This document shows, in pieces, positions 1 through 10,641 of a stretch of 64,000 nucleotides of DNA (position 1 is the first letter of the stretch; every line of letters begins with the position of its first letter). Under the pieces are notes generated by a model. The model was not told where the DNA came from. It saw nothing but the letters and a program-made list of their open reading frames with translations, and searched no databases. This DNA comes from Methanochimaera problematica (lineage in GTDB: Archaea; Halobacteriota; Methanomicrobia; Methanomicrobiales; Methanomicrobiaceae): positions 734,370-798,369 of the forward strand of contig NZ_CP043875.1 of NCBI RefSeq assembly GCF_032878975.1, in the 5' to 3' direction. Position numbers and translations under genes: made by a program.

Positions 1-821
1 TAAGAAAAGCAATTTCTGCCGGTTTAAAGCCTGAGCTTGCATATAAGATGGCAACCCTTTCTGTTGCAGAAAGATTCGGACTTAATGACAGAGGAGCCGT
101 ATCGCCGGGAAGGGTTGCAGATTTTTGCATAATTGACGATTCTGATGAATTCAAAGTCCTGATGACATATAAATCCGGTAAAAAAACAGGTGATATTGCT
201 TATAAAAAACCGGATGAGATTAATTATTCTTTCAATGTTCCTGAAATCTCGCCCGAAGATCTTGATATAAAGGGAAAAGGGATTGTGAGAATTTTAGATA
301 TTGTTCCGGGGCAGATTCTAACCAATGAACTGGAAAGAGAAATATCTTCTTCCGATATTCCTGATCTAAAAAATGATATTTTAAAATGTATTGTTTGTGA
401 TCGTTACAGGGGAGAAAAATCAGGTATCGGGCTTGTACATGGTATCGGTATGAAAAAAGGGGCAATTGCCTGAAGCGTATCACATGACTCCCATAATATT
501 ATTGCAATTGGTGTGAATGACAAAGATATAGTTGCAGCTGTAGAGGCTCTGGCAGAGGAAAGAGGTGGTCTTTGTGTTGTTGTTGACGACAAAAAAGTTG
601 TTCTTCCTCTTGACTGTGGAGGTATTATGTCGTCTCTCCCTTATGAGAGTGTTGTAGAAAAACTTCTGGATATAAAAACCGCAGTTACAGAGAGCGGGTG
701 CATTGAAAATCCATTTATGTATCTTTCATTTTTGTCATTAACTGTTATTCCAAAAATAAGGATTACAGAGAGAGGAGTTTTTGATGTAATCAGGTTTTTG
801 GATGTACCTCTCTTTAAATAA
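1..821 (+). CDS. Adenine deaminase, C-terminal portion. The reading frame is open to the window start. One frame spans ORFs 48-473 and 513-821, interrupted by an in-frame TGA at 471-473.
   Basis: The translation GAIA*SVSHDSHNIIAIGVNDKDIVAAVEALAEERGGLCVV...LPLDCGGIMS...PFMYLSFLSLTVIPKIRITERGVF matches the conserved C-terminal region of bacterial/archaeal adenine deaminase. Both ORF-track pieces are in the same frame (phase 0) and no other stop lies between them. Confidence 0.6.
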
Positions 822-843
822 TTCATGAATTTCTATATTTTTT

Positions 844-1614
844 TTAAATTAGTATTTTTCCGGCAATTAAGGATAATATCATAATTATTACAGGCTGATG
901 AACAAGGTAAATAATAAGTGAATGGCGGCCCGGATATTCGAAAAATTTAGAAAATCTGTGATTTTTAATTATTTCATCAAAAAAAGGTTTTCTGTTTCCA
1001 TGAGGATAGAGATATGCACCTATTGAAATGCCTATTAGAAATATGCCGAACCATGGAAGTAAAGGTTCATAATCAACCGAGTAAAAATCTGCAGGTGCAA
1101 GCCCCAAAAAAATTGTCCAGAACGGGCCGTTATATTTTGAAATAATAATTCCAAGAATAACTATTATTAAGCCTGCAAGAGCATTCCACTCTTTGAGCCT
1201 GAAAAAAAAAGGAGCGAGAATTATTGATAATCCGATTAAATGAAGAATTCCAAAAAGGATAAAGCCTTCTTTTATAAATATCCATGTTACAATTGTTATC
1301 AGGATACCAATTGAGAATAAAAACAGGCCTCTTTTAAAATATTTGTTGAAATAATTAATTTTTATTGACTGTTTTTTGTATCTCTCTTTACTGATCCATA
1401 TTGAAATACCTGCAATCATTATAAATAAAGAAGCAGTTGCATATGCAAAATAACGAAGAACGGAGTTGTATATGTCGATGTTTAAGTAATTAAAATAATA
1501 GAGATCAAATATTATATGGTAAAAAACCATCATAATGATTGCAATCCCCCTGAATGTATCAATCTCCTGGAATCTTGTGCATGATTTCTGTTTTTGGGTT
1601 AATAATTCCGACAT
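844..1614 (-). CDS. DUF1624-like acyltransferase-family integral membrane protein
   Basis: It has many TM segments. The EIDTFRG motif near the N-terminus is typical of the DUF1624/heparan-alpha-glucosaminide N-acetyltransferase-like family. Confidence 0.5.
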   Translation of the reverse strand: MSELLTQKQKSCTRFQEIDTFRGIAIIMMVFYHIIFDLYYFNYLNIDIYNSVLRYFAYATASLFIMIAGISIWISKERYKKQSIKINYFNKYFKRGLFLFSIGILITIVTWIFIKEGFILFGILHLIGLSIILAPFFFRLKEWNALAGLIIVILGIIISKYNGPFWTIFLGLAPADFYSVDYEPLLPWFGIFLIGISIGAYLYPHGNRKPFFDEIIKNHRFSKFFEYPGRHSLIIYLVHQPVIIMILSLIAGKILI

Positions 1615-1662
1615 AAATCAACTGACAATATTATTTGTTTAAACTTGTAATAATTTCTAGCA

Positions 1663-2520
1663 ATGATATTTACTGATGAGCACATTATTGAGGCAGCCGG
1701 CAAAACAAGGGTTGTTGTAAGAGATGGCAGGGTTGTAGAGGTTGGAAGCCCTCTAATTGGCCATTGTCCCCTTGCAAAGAAGTTTAAATCTCCTGTAGTT
1801 TCCATGAGTCAGGACGAAATCCGGAAAAACATTGAAGAGAGAATATCATCTTTTGGTATGTGCACAAGAAAACGCTGCGTAATTTCCGGCGATGATTTTG
1901 TTCTGTTTGGTGCATCAGAATTATTAAGTTCCGCACTTCTGTCAAAAATTATTGACTGTGCGGTAATTGCGTGTGATGGTGCAGGTACTGTTATCGCAAA
2001 AAATCCGGAACTGATTCAGGGGATTGGAGGAAAAATGTCAGGTCTTGTAAAGACCTGTCCTTATGAGGAGGTAATTAAAAATATTGAGTCTAACGAAGGA
2101 TTTGTGCCATTTAAAGAAGATGCCTCAATTGATCCCTTTGGAGGAGTTGAAAAAGCGCTTGAATTGGGATTTTCAAAAATAGCGGTCACAGTAGCATCTT
2201 CGCATGAAGCTGAAAAGATCAGGCAGAAATATCCTGAAACTGTCATTGTCGCTGTTCATACAACAGGTGCAGAAAGAGAAGATGCGGTAAGATTTACTGA
2301 AAACTCTGATATTATATCAGCATGTGCCTCTTCTTTTCTAAGGGAGATTGCCGGACCAAAGGCTCTTGTACAGGGTGGATCTTCTGTTCCTGTGTATGCT
2401 ATGACAGAGAACGGTAAAAAAATTGTACTCTCCAAAATCCAAAAAACAAAGATGCAGGTTTTGCTTAAAGGGGAGATTCTTCCGTTTACTTCCGGAAAAG
2501 ATCCTTCACCTCTGATTTAA
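1663..2520 (+). CDS. Methanogenesis marker protein 8-like (DUF2099) protein
   Basis: A 285 aa soluble protein with a CDGAGTV-type motif. The family name is recalled from memory and not verified. Confidence 0.4.
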   Translation: MIFTDEHIIEAAGKTRVVVRDGRVVEVGSPLIGHCPLAKKFKSPVVSMSQDEIRKNIEERISSFGMCTRKRCVISGDDFVLFGASELLSSALLSKIIDCAVIACDGAGTVIAKNPELIQGIGGKMSGLVKTCPYEEVIKNIESNEGFVPFKEDASIDPFGGVEKALELGFSKIAVTVASSHEAEKIRQKYPETVIVAVHTTGAEREDAVRFTENSDIISACASSFLREIAGPKALVQGGSSVPVYAMTENGKKIVLSKIQKTKMQVLLKGEILPFTSGKDPSPLI

Positions 2521-2664
2521 TAAATGCCTTAAAAAAATCAAATATTTATTAAAGGTTTTGTCAGAATATGATATAAGATATAATTATTTTCATAATTTTC
2601 ATTATCTGTCTTTAAAATAATGTTTGGATATTTCCTGATTCTATATTCCGGGACAGTGTTTACT

Positions 2665-3348
2665 TTAAATATTAAGGATATCTTTTAGATTTGAAAATTC
2701 TTCAAGAATGTAATCCGGTTTTATTCCCGGAGATGGTATTTTCAGCCAGTCTCCATATTTAGCATATACTGTTGTCATTCCAAGTTTATTCCCCGGTTCA
2801 ATTTCGCGATAAGGACTGTCGCCAACTACCATTGCCTCTTTTGCCGGGACAGAAAGTTCTTCGAGTGCTTTTATAAATGTGTCAGGTTCGGGTTTTCTTT
2901 TTCCGGAAATATCGGGTGTTATTATGCATTGAAAATAGTCTTTGATGCCTATTTTTGAAAGCCTCTTTTTTGCCTGTGAACTTTCGGCGTCTGTTACTAT
3001 TGCCATTTTTATTCCTGATTTTTTGATTATCGGCAGAATATCCAAAACTCCCGGATATGGCGTTATTGAAGATAATTTTACATCTTCGTAAATTTCGACT
3101 GCCTCAAAATATTTATCCCCGTCCCAGACATTTTTATCTTTCATGAATTGTTCGATATTTCCATGATCTTCAAATCCAAATTTTCCGAATAAAAAATATC
3201 TCATTAATTCATCAGCATTTCCTGCATTAATTGAATTTGTTACTTCTTCGCATGCTTTGATTTTTGCATCTGAAAAGTTGTATAATGTGTTATCCATGTC
3301 AAAAAGTATGGCGCAGGGCAGATTTTGATCAGGTTTTATCTTTTTCAT
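2665..3348 (-). CDS. HAD-superfamily hydrolase
   Basis: Motif I is FDMDNTLY (DxDxT) and the length (~225 aa) is typical for HAD hydrolases. Confidence 0.6.
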   Translation of the reverse strand: MKKIKPDQNLPCAILFDMDNTLYNFSDAKIKACEEVTNSINAGNADELMRYFLFGKFGFEDHGNIEQFMKDKNVWDGDKYFEAVEIYEDVKLSSITPYPGVLDILPIIKKSGIKMAIVTDAESSQAKKRLSKIGIKDYFQCIITPDISGKRKPEPDTFIKALEELSVPAKEAMVVGDSPYREIEPGNKLGMTTVYAKYGDWLKIPSPGIKPDYILEEFSNLKDILNI

Positions 3349-3424
3349 CTCACAAATTATTTATTTTTTTAGTGAATAAGGTTCATCATTGTTGCACAAA
3401 TAAATAATATATCAACGTAGATAA

Positions 3425-5524
3425 TTGAATAAATATCTATATATTTTTTTAAAGGAAAACTTTCATAAATATAAATGCATGGGGTTGTCTGAAATATCCG
3501 GGGGGATTATGGATTTAAATAAAAAAGATAAATCAGAAGATTCTAAATTAATTTTTAATCGTGAGTATAATTCTTCTAATCCTGTATATGATCTTTCTGT
3601 TGGAGCTAATGTTGTAATTGACGAAAAAGGTAAGATAATTATTGCAAATGAAAATTTTTTTTCCGCAATAAAAAAGCCATATAATTGTCTGGGTGCAGGT
3701 TTACCGGCAAAAGATCTTTTTAGTGAGAATGACAGGGAGAGGTTGTCTTTTTTTTATCATGAAAGAATTAAAGATCCGTATAATTCTCCCAAAACCTCTG
3801 TTTTTGAAATAACTGACTCCTGTGGAGATAAGCATGATACAACTATTACAGCTGTTCGCATTCCCGGAACAAAAAGGATATTTCTATCCGGGATAGACAG
3901 AACTAATTTTAAACAAAATGAATATTCTTATAGTCCTGAATCCGGATTTTTTTCAGATATAATTACTGAATCTTTATTTTATGGTGAAGGTTTTCTCCTT
4001 TCGGATGGCAGTATTCCCGGACAAAGAAAAGAATCCATAATTATTACTATTGGGGGAAGAGTTGCATATGCTAATAAACCGGCATGCCGGTTATTTAATC
4101 TGCAAGAAATTGGTGAACTTATCGGAACGCGTTTTTTTGATCATGTTCATAAGAAGTCTGAAAAAAAATTTGAAGAATTATTAATCAATGGTGAATTAAG
4201 GAAATCGGTTTTTTTTGAAACTGAACTCTATTTAAAAAACGGTAAAAAATTATTCGTGGATTTATCGGTTTATCCTGTTTCAATAAAAGGGTTATCAGGT
4301 ATTCAATATGTCATTTCAGATATTTCAGAAAAAAAATTCAGGGAGATTGAAGCATTATCGGAAAAACGGCAGCTTGAGATAATCAATGCGATACTGTCGA
4401 ATATGATTTCATCATTTTCGCTGGGGGATATGCTTACAAATCTCCTGGACCTGACCCTTAATGAGCTAAATTTTGATCTTGGTATAATATATCTTAAATG
4501 TGAAGACGGTATGAAGGCTGAAATAAGTTCAGTATCCGGAATACCCATGCATTTTGTTGAAAAAAACAAAACAATTGATATCAGAAGCTGGCCGAATAAC
4601 CTGATTTTTTATGCAGGACAACCTAAATTTGTTGAAAATCTTCCTGAGAGCCATATCTCACATCCTGATATAATTTTTCTCGAAGATATTGGGGCAATCT
4701 CTTATGCTGCATTACCCCTGGAGTCAGATGGTACGATTATTGGTGCAATCTATGTTGCAAAAGAGTTTGAAGGCTCATTCACATCTTTTGAGAAGAATAC
4801 TCTTCAGTTAATCAGTAAAGAGGTAGGTAGTCTGATTCTTCACGGACTGCTTCAGGAAAGACTTGAAAAAGAGTGTTCTGAAGAAAAACAGTGCCTTAGA
4901 ATAATCCTTGATGATATTTCAGAACTTAATGAAGAGATTTTTAATTCAATATCAGGTACAGGCATATCCGCTACTTTTGTGAGTGATAATCGTGGAGTTT
5001 TATGCGATAAAATAATTCATACCCGTGAGATTATCCATAATTTACAGGTTATTGATGAAAAAAATTCAGGATATCAAAATGATCTTAAGCCTGTTTGCGT
5101 TGATACTTCAGTCCATTCATCAATTTTCAGGTATCCCAATGTAGAAATCAAATATGAAAACTGTGGATATTTTGTATATGCCGATGACTATCTTCAGGAG
5201 ATTTTTTCAAACATAATTGGATATTCTCTCAGAAAGGGAGGCCGGAATATCCGGATTGCAATATCCTCTGAAGTCTGCGAAGATATGGTAAAAATATATC
5301 TGGATGTTATAGGTTTTAATTTGTTAAACGAAGAAAAAACATTATTTTTTGGAGATTTTGAGGAAGACAACCCTGAACTTAATTCGGATAATATTTCCCA
5401 GTATGTTGTTTTTTTGCTTGTGAATCGTTATGGCGGAGAAATAAATGTTTTGGATAGAATTTCAGCTGATTCATTTGATGGAATTCTTTTTGAAATAAAA
5501 TTGCATTCCTGCCGTATAAATTAA
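3425..5524 (+). CDS. Sensory protein with PAS/GAF domains and a C-terminal histidine-kinase-like ATPase region
   Basis: A GAF-like segment (AISYAALPLESDGTIIGAIYVAKEF) and a C-terminal HATPase-like block (IIGYSLRKGGRNIRIAIS...). The true start may be an internal Met (MGLSEISGG). Confidence 0.5.
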   Translation: MNKYLYIFLKENFHKYKCMGLSEISGGIMDLNKKDKSEDSKLIFNREYNSSNPVYDLSVGANVVIDEKGKIIIANENFFSAIKKPYNCLGAGLPAKDLFSENDRERLSFFYHERIKDPYNSPKTSVFEITDSCGDKHDTTITAVRIPGTKRIFLSGIDRTNFKQNEYSYSPESGFFSDIITESLFYGEGFLLSDGSIPGQRKESIIITIGGRVAYANKPACRLFNLQEIGELIGTRFFDHVHKKSEKKFEELLINGELRKSVFFETELYLKNGKKLFVDLSVYPVSIKGLSGIQYVISDISEKKFREIEALSEKRQLEIINAILSNMISSFSLGDMLTNLLDLTLNELNFDLGIIYLKCEDGMKAEISSVSGIPMHFVEKNKTIDIRSWPNNLIFYAGQPKFVENLPESHISHPDIIFLEDIGAISYAALPLESDGTIIGAIYVAKEFEGSFTSFEKNTLQLISKEVGSLILHGLLQERLEKECSEEKQCLRIILDDISELNEEIFNSISGTGISATFVSDNRGVLCDKIIHTREIIHNLQVIDEKNSGYQNDLKPVCVDTSVHSSIFRYPNVEIKYENCGYFVYADDYLQEIFSNIIGYSLRKGGRNIRIAISSEVCEDMVKIYLDVIGFNLLNEEKTLFFGDFEEDNPELNSDNISQYVVFLLVNRYGGEINVLDRISADSFDGILFEIKLHSCRIN

Positions 5525-5700
5525 ACCCGAAAAAGTGAAAATCTGACGGAAATAAATATCTGGTTAATAAATTAGACCTGATCAATAAACAATGATTTAG
5601 ATATAGTCAATATATTGAAATTCTTAACTTTTCATGAAAAATGACATTTTTGTCAAAAAATGTTCTGAAAAATTATTTTCATAAAAGTTTCCTGGAAAAA

Positions 5701-5785
5701 TGCGAGGGGAGTGATTCGAACACTCGAACTCCTACGAGACCAGGCCCTCAACCTGGCGCCTTTGACCTGGCTTGGCAACCCTCGC
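5701..5785 (-). tRNA. tRNA-Leu (anticodon GAG), type II with long variable arm
   Basis: The reverse complement GCGAGGGTTGCCAAGCCAGGTCAAAGGCGCCAGGTTGAGGGCCTGG...GTTCGAATCACTCCCCTCGCA folds as a cloverleaf with a 7-bp acceptor stem. The anticodon loop is TTGAGGG and the T-loop is GTTCGAATC. No encoded CCA. Confidence 0.85.
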
Positions 5786-6005
5786 CCTTATCTTCTCTAA
5801 TTAAAATGATGTATTAGATAAAAAAATTTCCTATTTTCTTCGAATATCACATAATTATTATATTCTGATAATATTGCGTTTGTAAATATGAATATCTTGT
5901 TTATTGCTTCAATCTGTGTCCAACCTTAAGGCTTGTAATACCGAAATTTGTCATTTTTAATCTGATCCACTGGATATTTATTATCTGAAATGTAATTATT
6001 TTGTA

Positions 6006-6506
6006 ATGTGGTCTGACATACTAAAGGAATTTTCGGATTCACCCTCACAAACTATTGTTGTAAAATATCTTTTGGAAAATGGTTTTGGAGTAAATGAAAA
6101 AGGTCGCGTAATCTGCAATGACATTGAGATACCTGCAACTCATATTGGAAGAGAGACAAATACGGACAGGAGGGTTGTTGATGTCACCGCAAAAAGAATA
6201 TTGAGTCTTCCAAAGATAAGGGATATTTTTTTGAGGCTTAAAGTAACTCCTGATCTGACAGAAGTCTCTGAAACACTTGGTCTGTCAGTCATTGCGATCT
6301 ATCCGAAAGATGCAAAGCAAAAAGGGATCGTTAACGCTGCGCTTGAAGTGTTGACCAGGCATGATCTCTCTATAAGACAGATTTTTGTAACCGACTCGGA
6401 ACTCTCACAGGATCCCCGGCTTGTAATTATTGTTGAAGAGAACCCGCCTGCAGTTGTTTATAATGAACTCCGGAAACTGCCACAGGTAAAGCGTATAGTA
6501 ATATGA
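6006..6506 (+). CDS. ACT-domain-containing putative regulator of amino acid metabolism (COG2150-like)
   Basis: A 166 aa protein with an N-terminal HTH-like segment and a C-terminal ACT-like beta-alpha-beta-beta-alpha-beta region. Confidence 0.4.
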   Translation: MWSDILKEFSDSPSQTIVVKYLLENGFGVNEKGRVICNDIEIPATHIGRETNTDRRVVDVTAKRILSLPKIRDIFLRLKVTPDLTEVSETLGLSVIAIYPKDAKQKGIVNAALEVLTRHDLSIRQIFVTDSELSQDPRLVIIVEENPPAVVYNELRKLPQVKRIVI

Positions 6507-6544
6507 ACCGGATATTTTCTAAAAAATAAATTTGAGACTTTTAT

Positions 6545-7033
6545 TTACCGGTATATCTCAATTTCTTCTGCAAGTTTAACAATTCTTTCTTTAATTTCTC
6601 CCGGAAGATCTTTTGAAAGTTCAAGACGTATCTTAAGTGAGATTTCTTCTGTTCCTTTTATAAGGTTGTCAGAATGAGCAACAATTTTTTCTTCAAGTGA
6701 TTTGGGAATACAGTCGATACTTTTTAAACCCTCTTTTGCACACTCTTCTGCTGTAAGGCCTGCACCAATATGTCTTTCAACAATAAGGCAGACATTTTCC
6801 GGTATACCCAGATCTCTACATATATCTGCTCCAATCTGCCCGTGTGCAAGTGAGTGTGTTTTAGATCTGCCGATATCATGCAGTAGCGCACCTGTTTTTA
6901 CCAGTTTAATATCCACAGGTGCATTTTTTGCAAAAACAAGTGACAGGTTACAAACAGCAATGCAGTGGTTTATTACATTTTGTCTGCAGCCTGCATCTTT
7001 TAAAAGTTTTATTATATTTGGATCTATGTTCAC
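6545..7033 (-). CDS. HD-domain (HDIG) phosphohydrolase
   Basis: An HD metal-binding signature (LLHDIGR ... H ... VERHIGAG). Confidence 0.6.
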   Translation of the reverse strand: MNIDPNIIKLLKDAGCRQNVINHCIAVCNLSLVFAKNAPVDIKLVKTGALLHDIGRSKTHSLAHGQIGADICRDLGIPENVCLIVERHIGAGLTAEECAKEGLKSIDCIPKSLEEKIVAHSDNLIKGTEEISLKIRLELSKDLPGEIKERIVKLAEEIEIYR

Positions 7034-7551
7034 GCCCGACCAAAGTTTTCTTTTATTTGTTCAACACGTCTTTTAAGAGCTTCAGCAATCAGATCGTTGT
7101 CAAGATGTTCCATTTTTTCATCACAATTCTGGCATACAAAATCCCTGTTTAAAGCCTCATCAAATGTATATCTTAGACCGCATGTTCCACAGATGTAGAA
7201 ATCATTCATTGTTTCATATCTTTCTCTTGTCTCAAGAAGCTCTAAAACAACATCCATATCTTCATAAAGGCAATTATCAATATTTGGCAGTTTCAATACC
7301 CACAGGTATGTGAGCCAGCCTGTTTCTGAATTTTTTATCCTTCTGTATTCAGCAAGGCGCTTACCATAGAGCGTATAAAGTGTGTGCCTGACGCTGTTTA
7401 GATTAATTTCGGTAATCTCTGCGAGGTCTTCGTCACTGTATTCACCCTCCGGCGGAAATTTTTCAAGAAGTTCCATGCCTTCTTCGCCGATCATACGCAG
7501 TATATAAGCCCTGATTGCCTCATTTTCCAAAACGTTTTCAGCCGCTACCAT
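7030..7551 (-). CDS. tfe: Transcription factor E (TFE, TFIIE-alpha homologue)
   Basis: An N-terminal winged helix followed by a C4 zinc ribbon (CGTCGLRYTF...CQNCDEKM). The ~170 aa size is typical for archaeal TFE. Confidence 0.75.
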   Translation of the reverse strand: MVAAENVLENEAIRAYILRMIGEEGMELLEKFPPEGEYSDEDLAEITEINLNSVRHTLYTLYGKRLAEYRRIKNSETGWLTYLWVLKLPNIDNCLYEDMDVVLELLETRERYETMNDFYICGTCGLRYTFDEALNRDFVCQNCDEKMEHLDNDLIAEALKRRVEQIKENFGRA

Positions 7552-8630
7552 CTGCTTATATATCTGCGGATTTCTATTATAGCTTTATCCAGTGACATCA
7601 GTGCTTCTTCCCGTGTCTGACCATTACCATACACACTAAGTATTGCACTTCCCTCTTCAATTTCCGTACCAATATGTGGAATATCTGAGATATATTCAAA
7701 GAGATCTTTAAGGTCATCCCTGACTTTGATGTCTTTTTCTGCAAAAAGAACTCTTCTTGCAGCATATTGAACTGGTTCCGGCATTTTTTCCGGCAAAATA
7801 CCATTGAATGAGTTTATGTGCGCTTTAAAAAGATTGATTCCGGTTGACATTTCTACGATATCCATGGTCGCCTGGAAACGCGGATTTATTTCAATTGCCC
7901 AGAATTCTTTATCTCCGGCTATAAAATCAACCCCCACAGAACCAATGCAGCCGCTCATTGATACTATTTTTTCAGCCGTTTTAACGATTTGGTCTTTTAG
8001 AGGATGTTTAAATGGTGTAATGGCCCCTGAAAAACCATAGGCACGTTCTCCATTGCCGCCACGAAGAAGCTGCTCATTAAATGAAATGGCACATGCGCAT
8101 TTACCATTTGATATGCATGAAACACTACAGGGAATTCCTTCAACAACTTTTTGCTTAATATAAAGATCATCCGGCCAGAGTTCTCTCCAGATTAATTCCT
8201 CTTCCATTGAATTTACAATCTGGTTTCTCCATCCTCCCGCGCCTCTTAAAGGCTTTATCATCGCAGGATATTCGTTTTCTAATGCAACAGGAGGGACAGG
8301 AATACTATGTTCTTCAAAAAATTCCTGAATGCATTTTTTGTCAAGAAATTTTGAGGCGATCTCTTTAGGTGTACCGGTAATTTTTATTTCTGTGTTTAAA
8401 TCTTCAGCACCTGATGTGACGCATATCGCCTCAAAATTATGCATTTTTTGTGCTGATTCAACAAGAGATGGCAATTCTGCCAGTTCTTCAAATGTTTGAT
8501 GCGATTCAGTGATCCGGCAGAGATCCTGATCACAAAAATGATCTATTGCATATACTAAATATCCTGCATTTTTTGCTGAACGGACAACATGGCGTGTTGC
8601 AAAACCGGCTATGAGAACTTTCTCATTCAA
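7545..8630 (-). CDS. ATP-grasp superfamily ligase (cofactor-biosynthesis type; exact substrate unknown)
   Basis: ATP-grasp fold motifs ([15 protein letters not shown]). The start and stop overlap the neighbouring genes. Confidence 0.5.
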
Positions 8631-9166
8631 TTTTCAAACCTCTTACCATGCTCACAGGGTACAATTTTCATTTCTGCGTCTGGAAAGTCCAGATTCATGG
8701 TTTTACCTTCAAAAATGTGATCCAGTGTAAGCGCAAGACTTGATATTTCTGAATGTGGCTGTGTTGTAACTGAGACGTTATAGTCGGCAAGATTATAGAT
8801 ATCCCCCGGCACCTTTTCTGCACCAACGACAACTAATATTTTTTTGGTTTTGCCTTCCTCTCGTATTTTTTCTTCTACATCTGTCAGGCGGAGACCATAC
8901 ATAGTAAGATGAACAACTATCCCGCCATCTGATTTCCAGTTATTGATGCATTTGCGCCAGGAAACATTATTTTCAACAAAAAAATCACCACCCCATCGTT
9001 TTGCCACATCTTCGATTGATTTTTTTACTCCTCCATCATTTGAAGCCAGAAACATACCTTTTGCGCCCAGTGCGCGTGCTGTCAGGCCCACATGTGTTGT
9101 TACACGCTGATCACGTTCCGGACGATGACCTATCCTTAAAATACATATATCTTCCATTAATTTCAT
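8627..9166 (-). CDS. tRNA (cytidine56-2'-O)-methyltransferase aTrm56 (SPOUT)
   Basis: A ~180 aa protein with [26 protein letters not shown] and a C-terminal SPOUT knot region, characteristic of archaeal aTrm56. Confidence 0.75.
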   Translation of the reverse strand: MKLMEDICILRIGHRPERDQRVTTHVGLTARALGAKGMFLASNDGGVKKSIEDVAKRWGGDFFVENNVSWRKCINNWKSDGGIVVHLTMYGLRLTDVEEKIREEGKTKKILVVVGAEKVPGDIYNLADYNVSVTTQPHSEISSLALTLDHIFEGKTMNLDFPDAEMKIVPCEHGKRFEN

Positions 9167-9480
9167 CTCTTGTAATTTGGATTCTCTTTGATTATTCCGT
9201 TTTCAATGATTACAGGGCTGTCATTTTTGGTTACAGTATTTATTATCTGATTTTTCAACAGCATCTCATTTAATGAAAGAACTCTTACGTTTTCTTCTTT
9301 AATGCTGATAAGACAGCTTTTTTCAAGGCGTTTTATTGAATCAATAACTATATCTTCTTCCATGCCGCATTCGCGGGTAAGGCAGGAAATCTCAGTTTCT
9401 CCTTTTGCTGTAATCATATGGTATATTTTCCAGTCGATATCTTCTGTTTTCACGTCAATAGAGTTACCCTGAATGTACAA
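9163..9480 (-). CDS. Hypothetical small protein
   Basis: The ORF overlaps the aTrm56 start by 4 nt, so it is co-transcribed. Confidence 0.35.
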   Translation of the reverse strand: MYIQGNSIDVKTEDIDWKIYHMITAKGETEISCLTRECGMEEDIVIDSIKRLEKSCLISIKEENVRVLSLNEMLLKNQIINTVTKNDSPVIIENGIIKENPNYKR

Positions 9481-9532
9481 TATAATTTATTACCTGATTT
9501 GATGTATTCAATAAAGGGAGGTTTGTTCTGAG

Positions 9533-9928
9533 TTGAAAGATTACCTTAAACTCGCGGAGATCGCTGATCAGATTCTGGGAGTCGCTGATGAGGATGATGA
9601 TAAGCTTGTGGTTTTATTGGATGAACTGGATGAATCTGTACGGTTTGATTTAATAAATTCTGATTTTTTAAATGCCCATCAGGTTTTTTATTATTATTTC
9701 CGTACAGAACCCGAAGAAATTGTAACAGACAGGCTCATGCTTGAACCTGCAAGTTCTTTAAAAAACGGGGTTTTTATTGATGAATATGGCATTCTTGAGC
9801 TTTATTTCACAACACGCAATAATTACCCTGAGATCTATATTTATGACGGTGATCAGGAATTAAAGTCGTTTGTCGGGAAAGATGCCTACCGGAAGGCCGT
9901 ATTGTTTTCCGAAGAATATGATTACTAA
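9533..9928 (+). CDS. Hypothetical acidic protein
   Basis: ORF of coding-like composition only. Confidence 0.35.
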   Translation: MKDYLKLAEIADQILGVADEDDDKLVVLLDELDESVRFDLINSDFLNAHQVFYYYFRTEPEEIVTDRLMLEPASSLKNGVFIDEYGILELYFTTRNNYPEIYIYDGDQELKSFVGKDAYRKAVLFSEEYDY

Positions 9929-9932
9929 AAAA

Positions 9933-10640
9933 TCAACCTGAGGTGATCAGGTTTTCATCCACATTTGCAGCGGCTATTTTAGGAATCTCTCCCCATCTAA
10001 TCATATCTTTTCCTATTACCGCAAAAACTCCTATTATATCTGAATTTTCAAGAGAGTTAAACAATTCATCATTAAATGGCATTTTGATCTGATTGCAGAT
10101 TGACGTGGCCCAGGCATCAGCAAGTGACACGTTGTTTGAAAAAACTGTTACAGAATCCGCGATGCCAAAAGAAATTGAGGGCCCGACAGTTGCAGAAGAT
10201 GTACATATTCCTGTAATTTCTTTTGCAGGGGGTATTAGAAATGCCATTTTTTTACTCAAAGGTGAGTTGCCCGCATAGAGTCCTATTTTTACTGTTCTAT
10301 CTGATATTAGAGCGATGTCCCCACCGTTATCGATAACAGCAAATTTTGCGCCTTTATTTTTCATGGCACTGACACCCTCCCATGCAATTGTTCCTGCAAC
10401 TGATGCCATTGGTCCCGTCCCGGCGAGATTACCTGCATTAGTCATTTTTCTGATGATTTCAGAATCGGAATCCGTTTCATAGGGTTCAAGAGATGATCCA
10501 AAAATAGGATCTTTTAGAATTGTTCTTTCAATCTCCTGCCTTGCGTTAATCATTGCATTTTTGGCAGTTTCTATATGCTCTTTTTTATCAGCTAAAATAG
10601 TGGTGATTGTGGTTTTGTATTTGAAATATTCTCTGATCAT
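9933..10640 (-). CDS. ApbE-like / UPF0280-family protein
   Basis: Gly-rich motifs (GTGPMASVAGT, VIDNGGDIAL) resemble the ApbE/UPF0280 fold. Confidence 0.4.
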   Translation of the reverse strand: MIREYFKYKTTITTILADKKEHIETAKNAMINARQEIERTILKDPIFGSSLEPYETDSDSEIIRKMTNAGNLAGTGPMASVAGTIAWEGVSAMKNKGAKFAVIDNGGDIALISDRTVKIGLYAGNSPLSKKMAFLIPPAKEITGICTSSATVGPSISFGIADSVTVFSNNVSLADAWATSICNQIKMPFNDELFNSLENSDIIGVFAVIGKDMIRWGEIPKIAAANVDENLITSG

Positions 10641-10641
10641 T

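Noticed and set aside
471-473. Selenocysteine (UGA-Sec) explanation for the in-frame TGA in adenine deaminase
   Set aside because: The codon aligns with a Ser in homologues and not a catalytic Cys. No SECIS-like structured element is evident nearby, and Sec usage is not characteristic of this lineage. A nonsense mutation, sequencing error or read-through is more likely.
232-592. Antisense/overlapping short ORFs (232-483 -, 404-592 -) inside the adenine deaminase gene, and similar shadow ORFs throughout the track (e.g. 6702-7076, 14100-14294, 16168-16434, 17563-17817, 18405-19210, 20654-20933, 21196-21768)
   Set aside because: They lie entirely within, and in a different frame or strand from, well-supported conserved genes. 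They have odd composition and no motifs, so they are typical spurious ORFs.
5786-5830. Promoter call for tRNA-Leu (TTTTTATC / TTTTAATTA on the minus strand)
   Set aside because: The A/T-rich elements are present, but the spacing to the mature 5' end is ambiguous (-13 to -31). I am not confident enough to annotate it as a feature.
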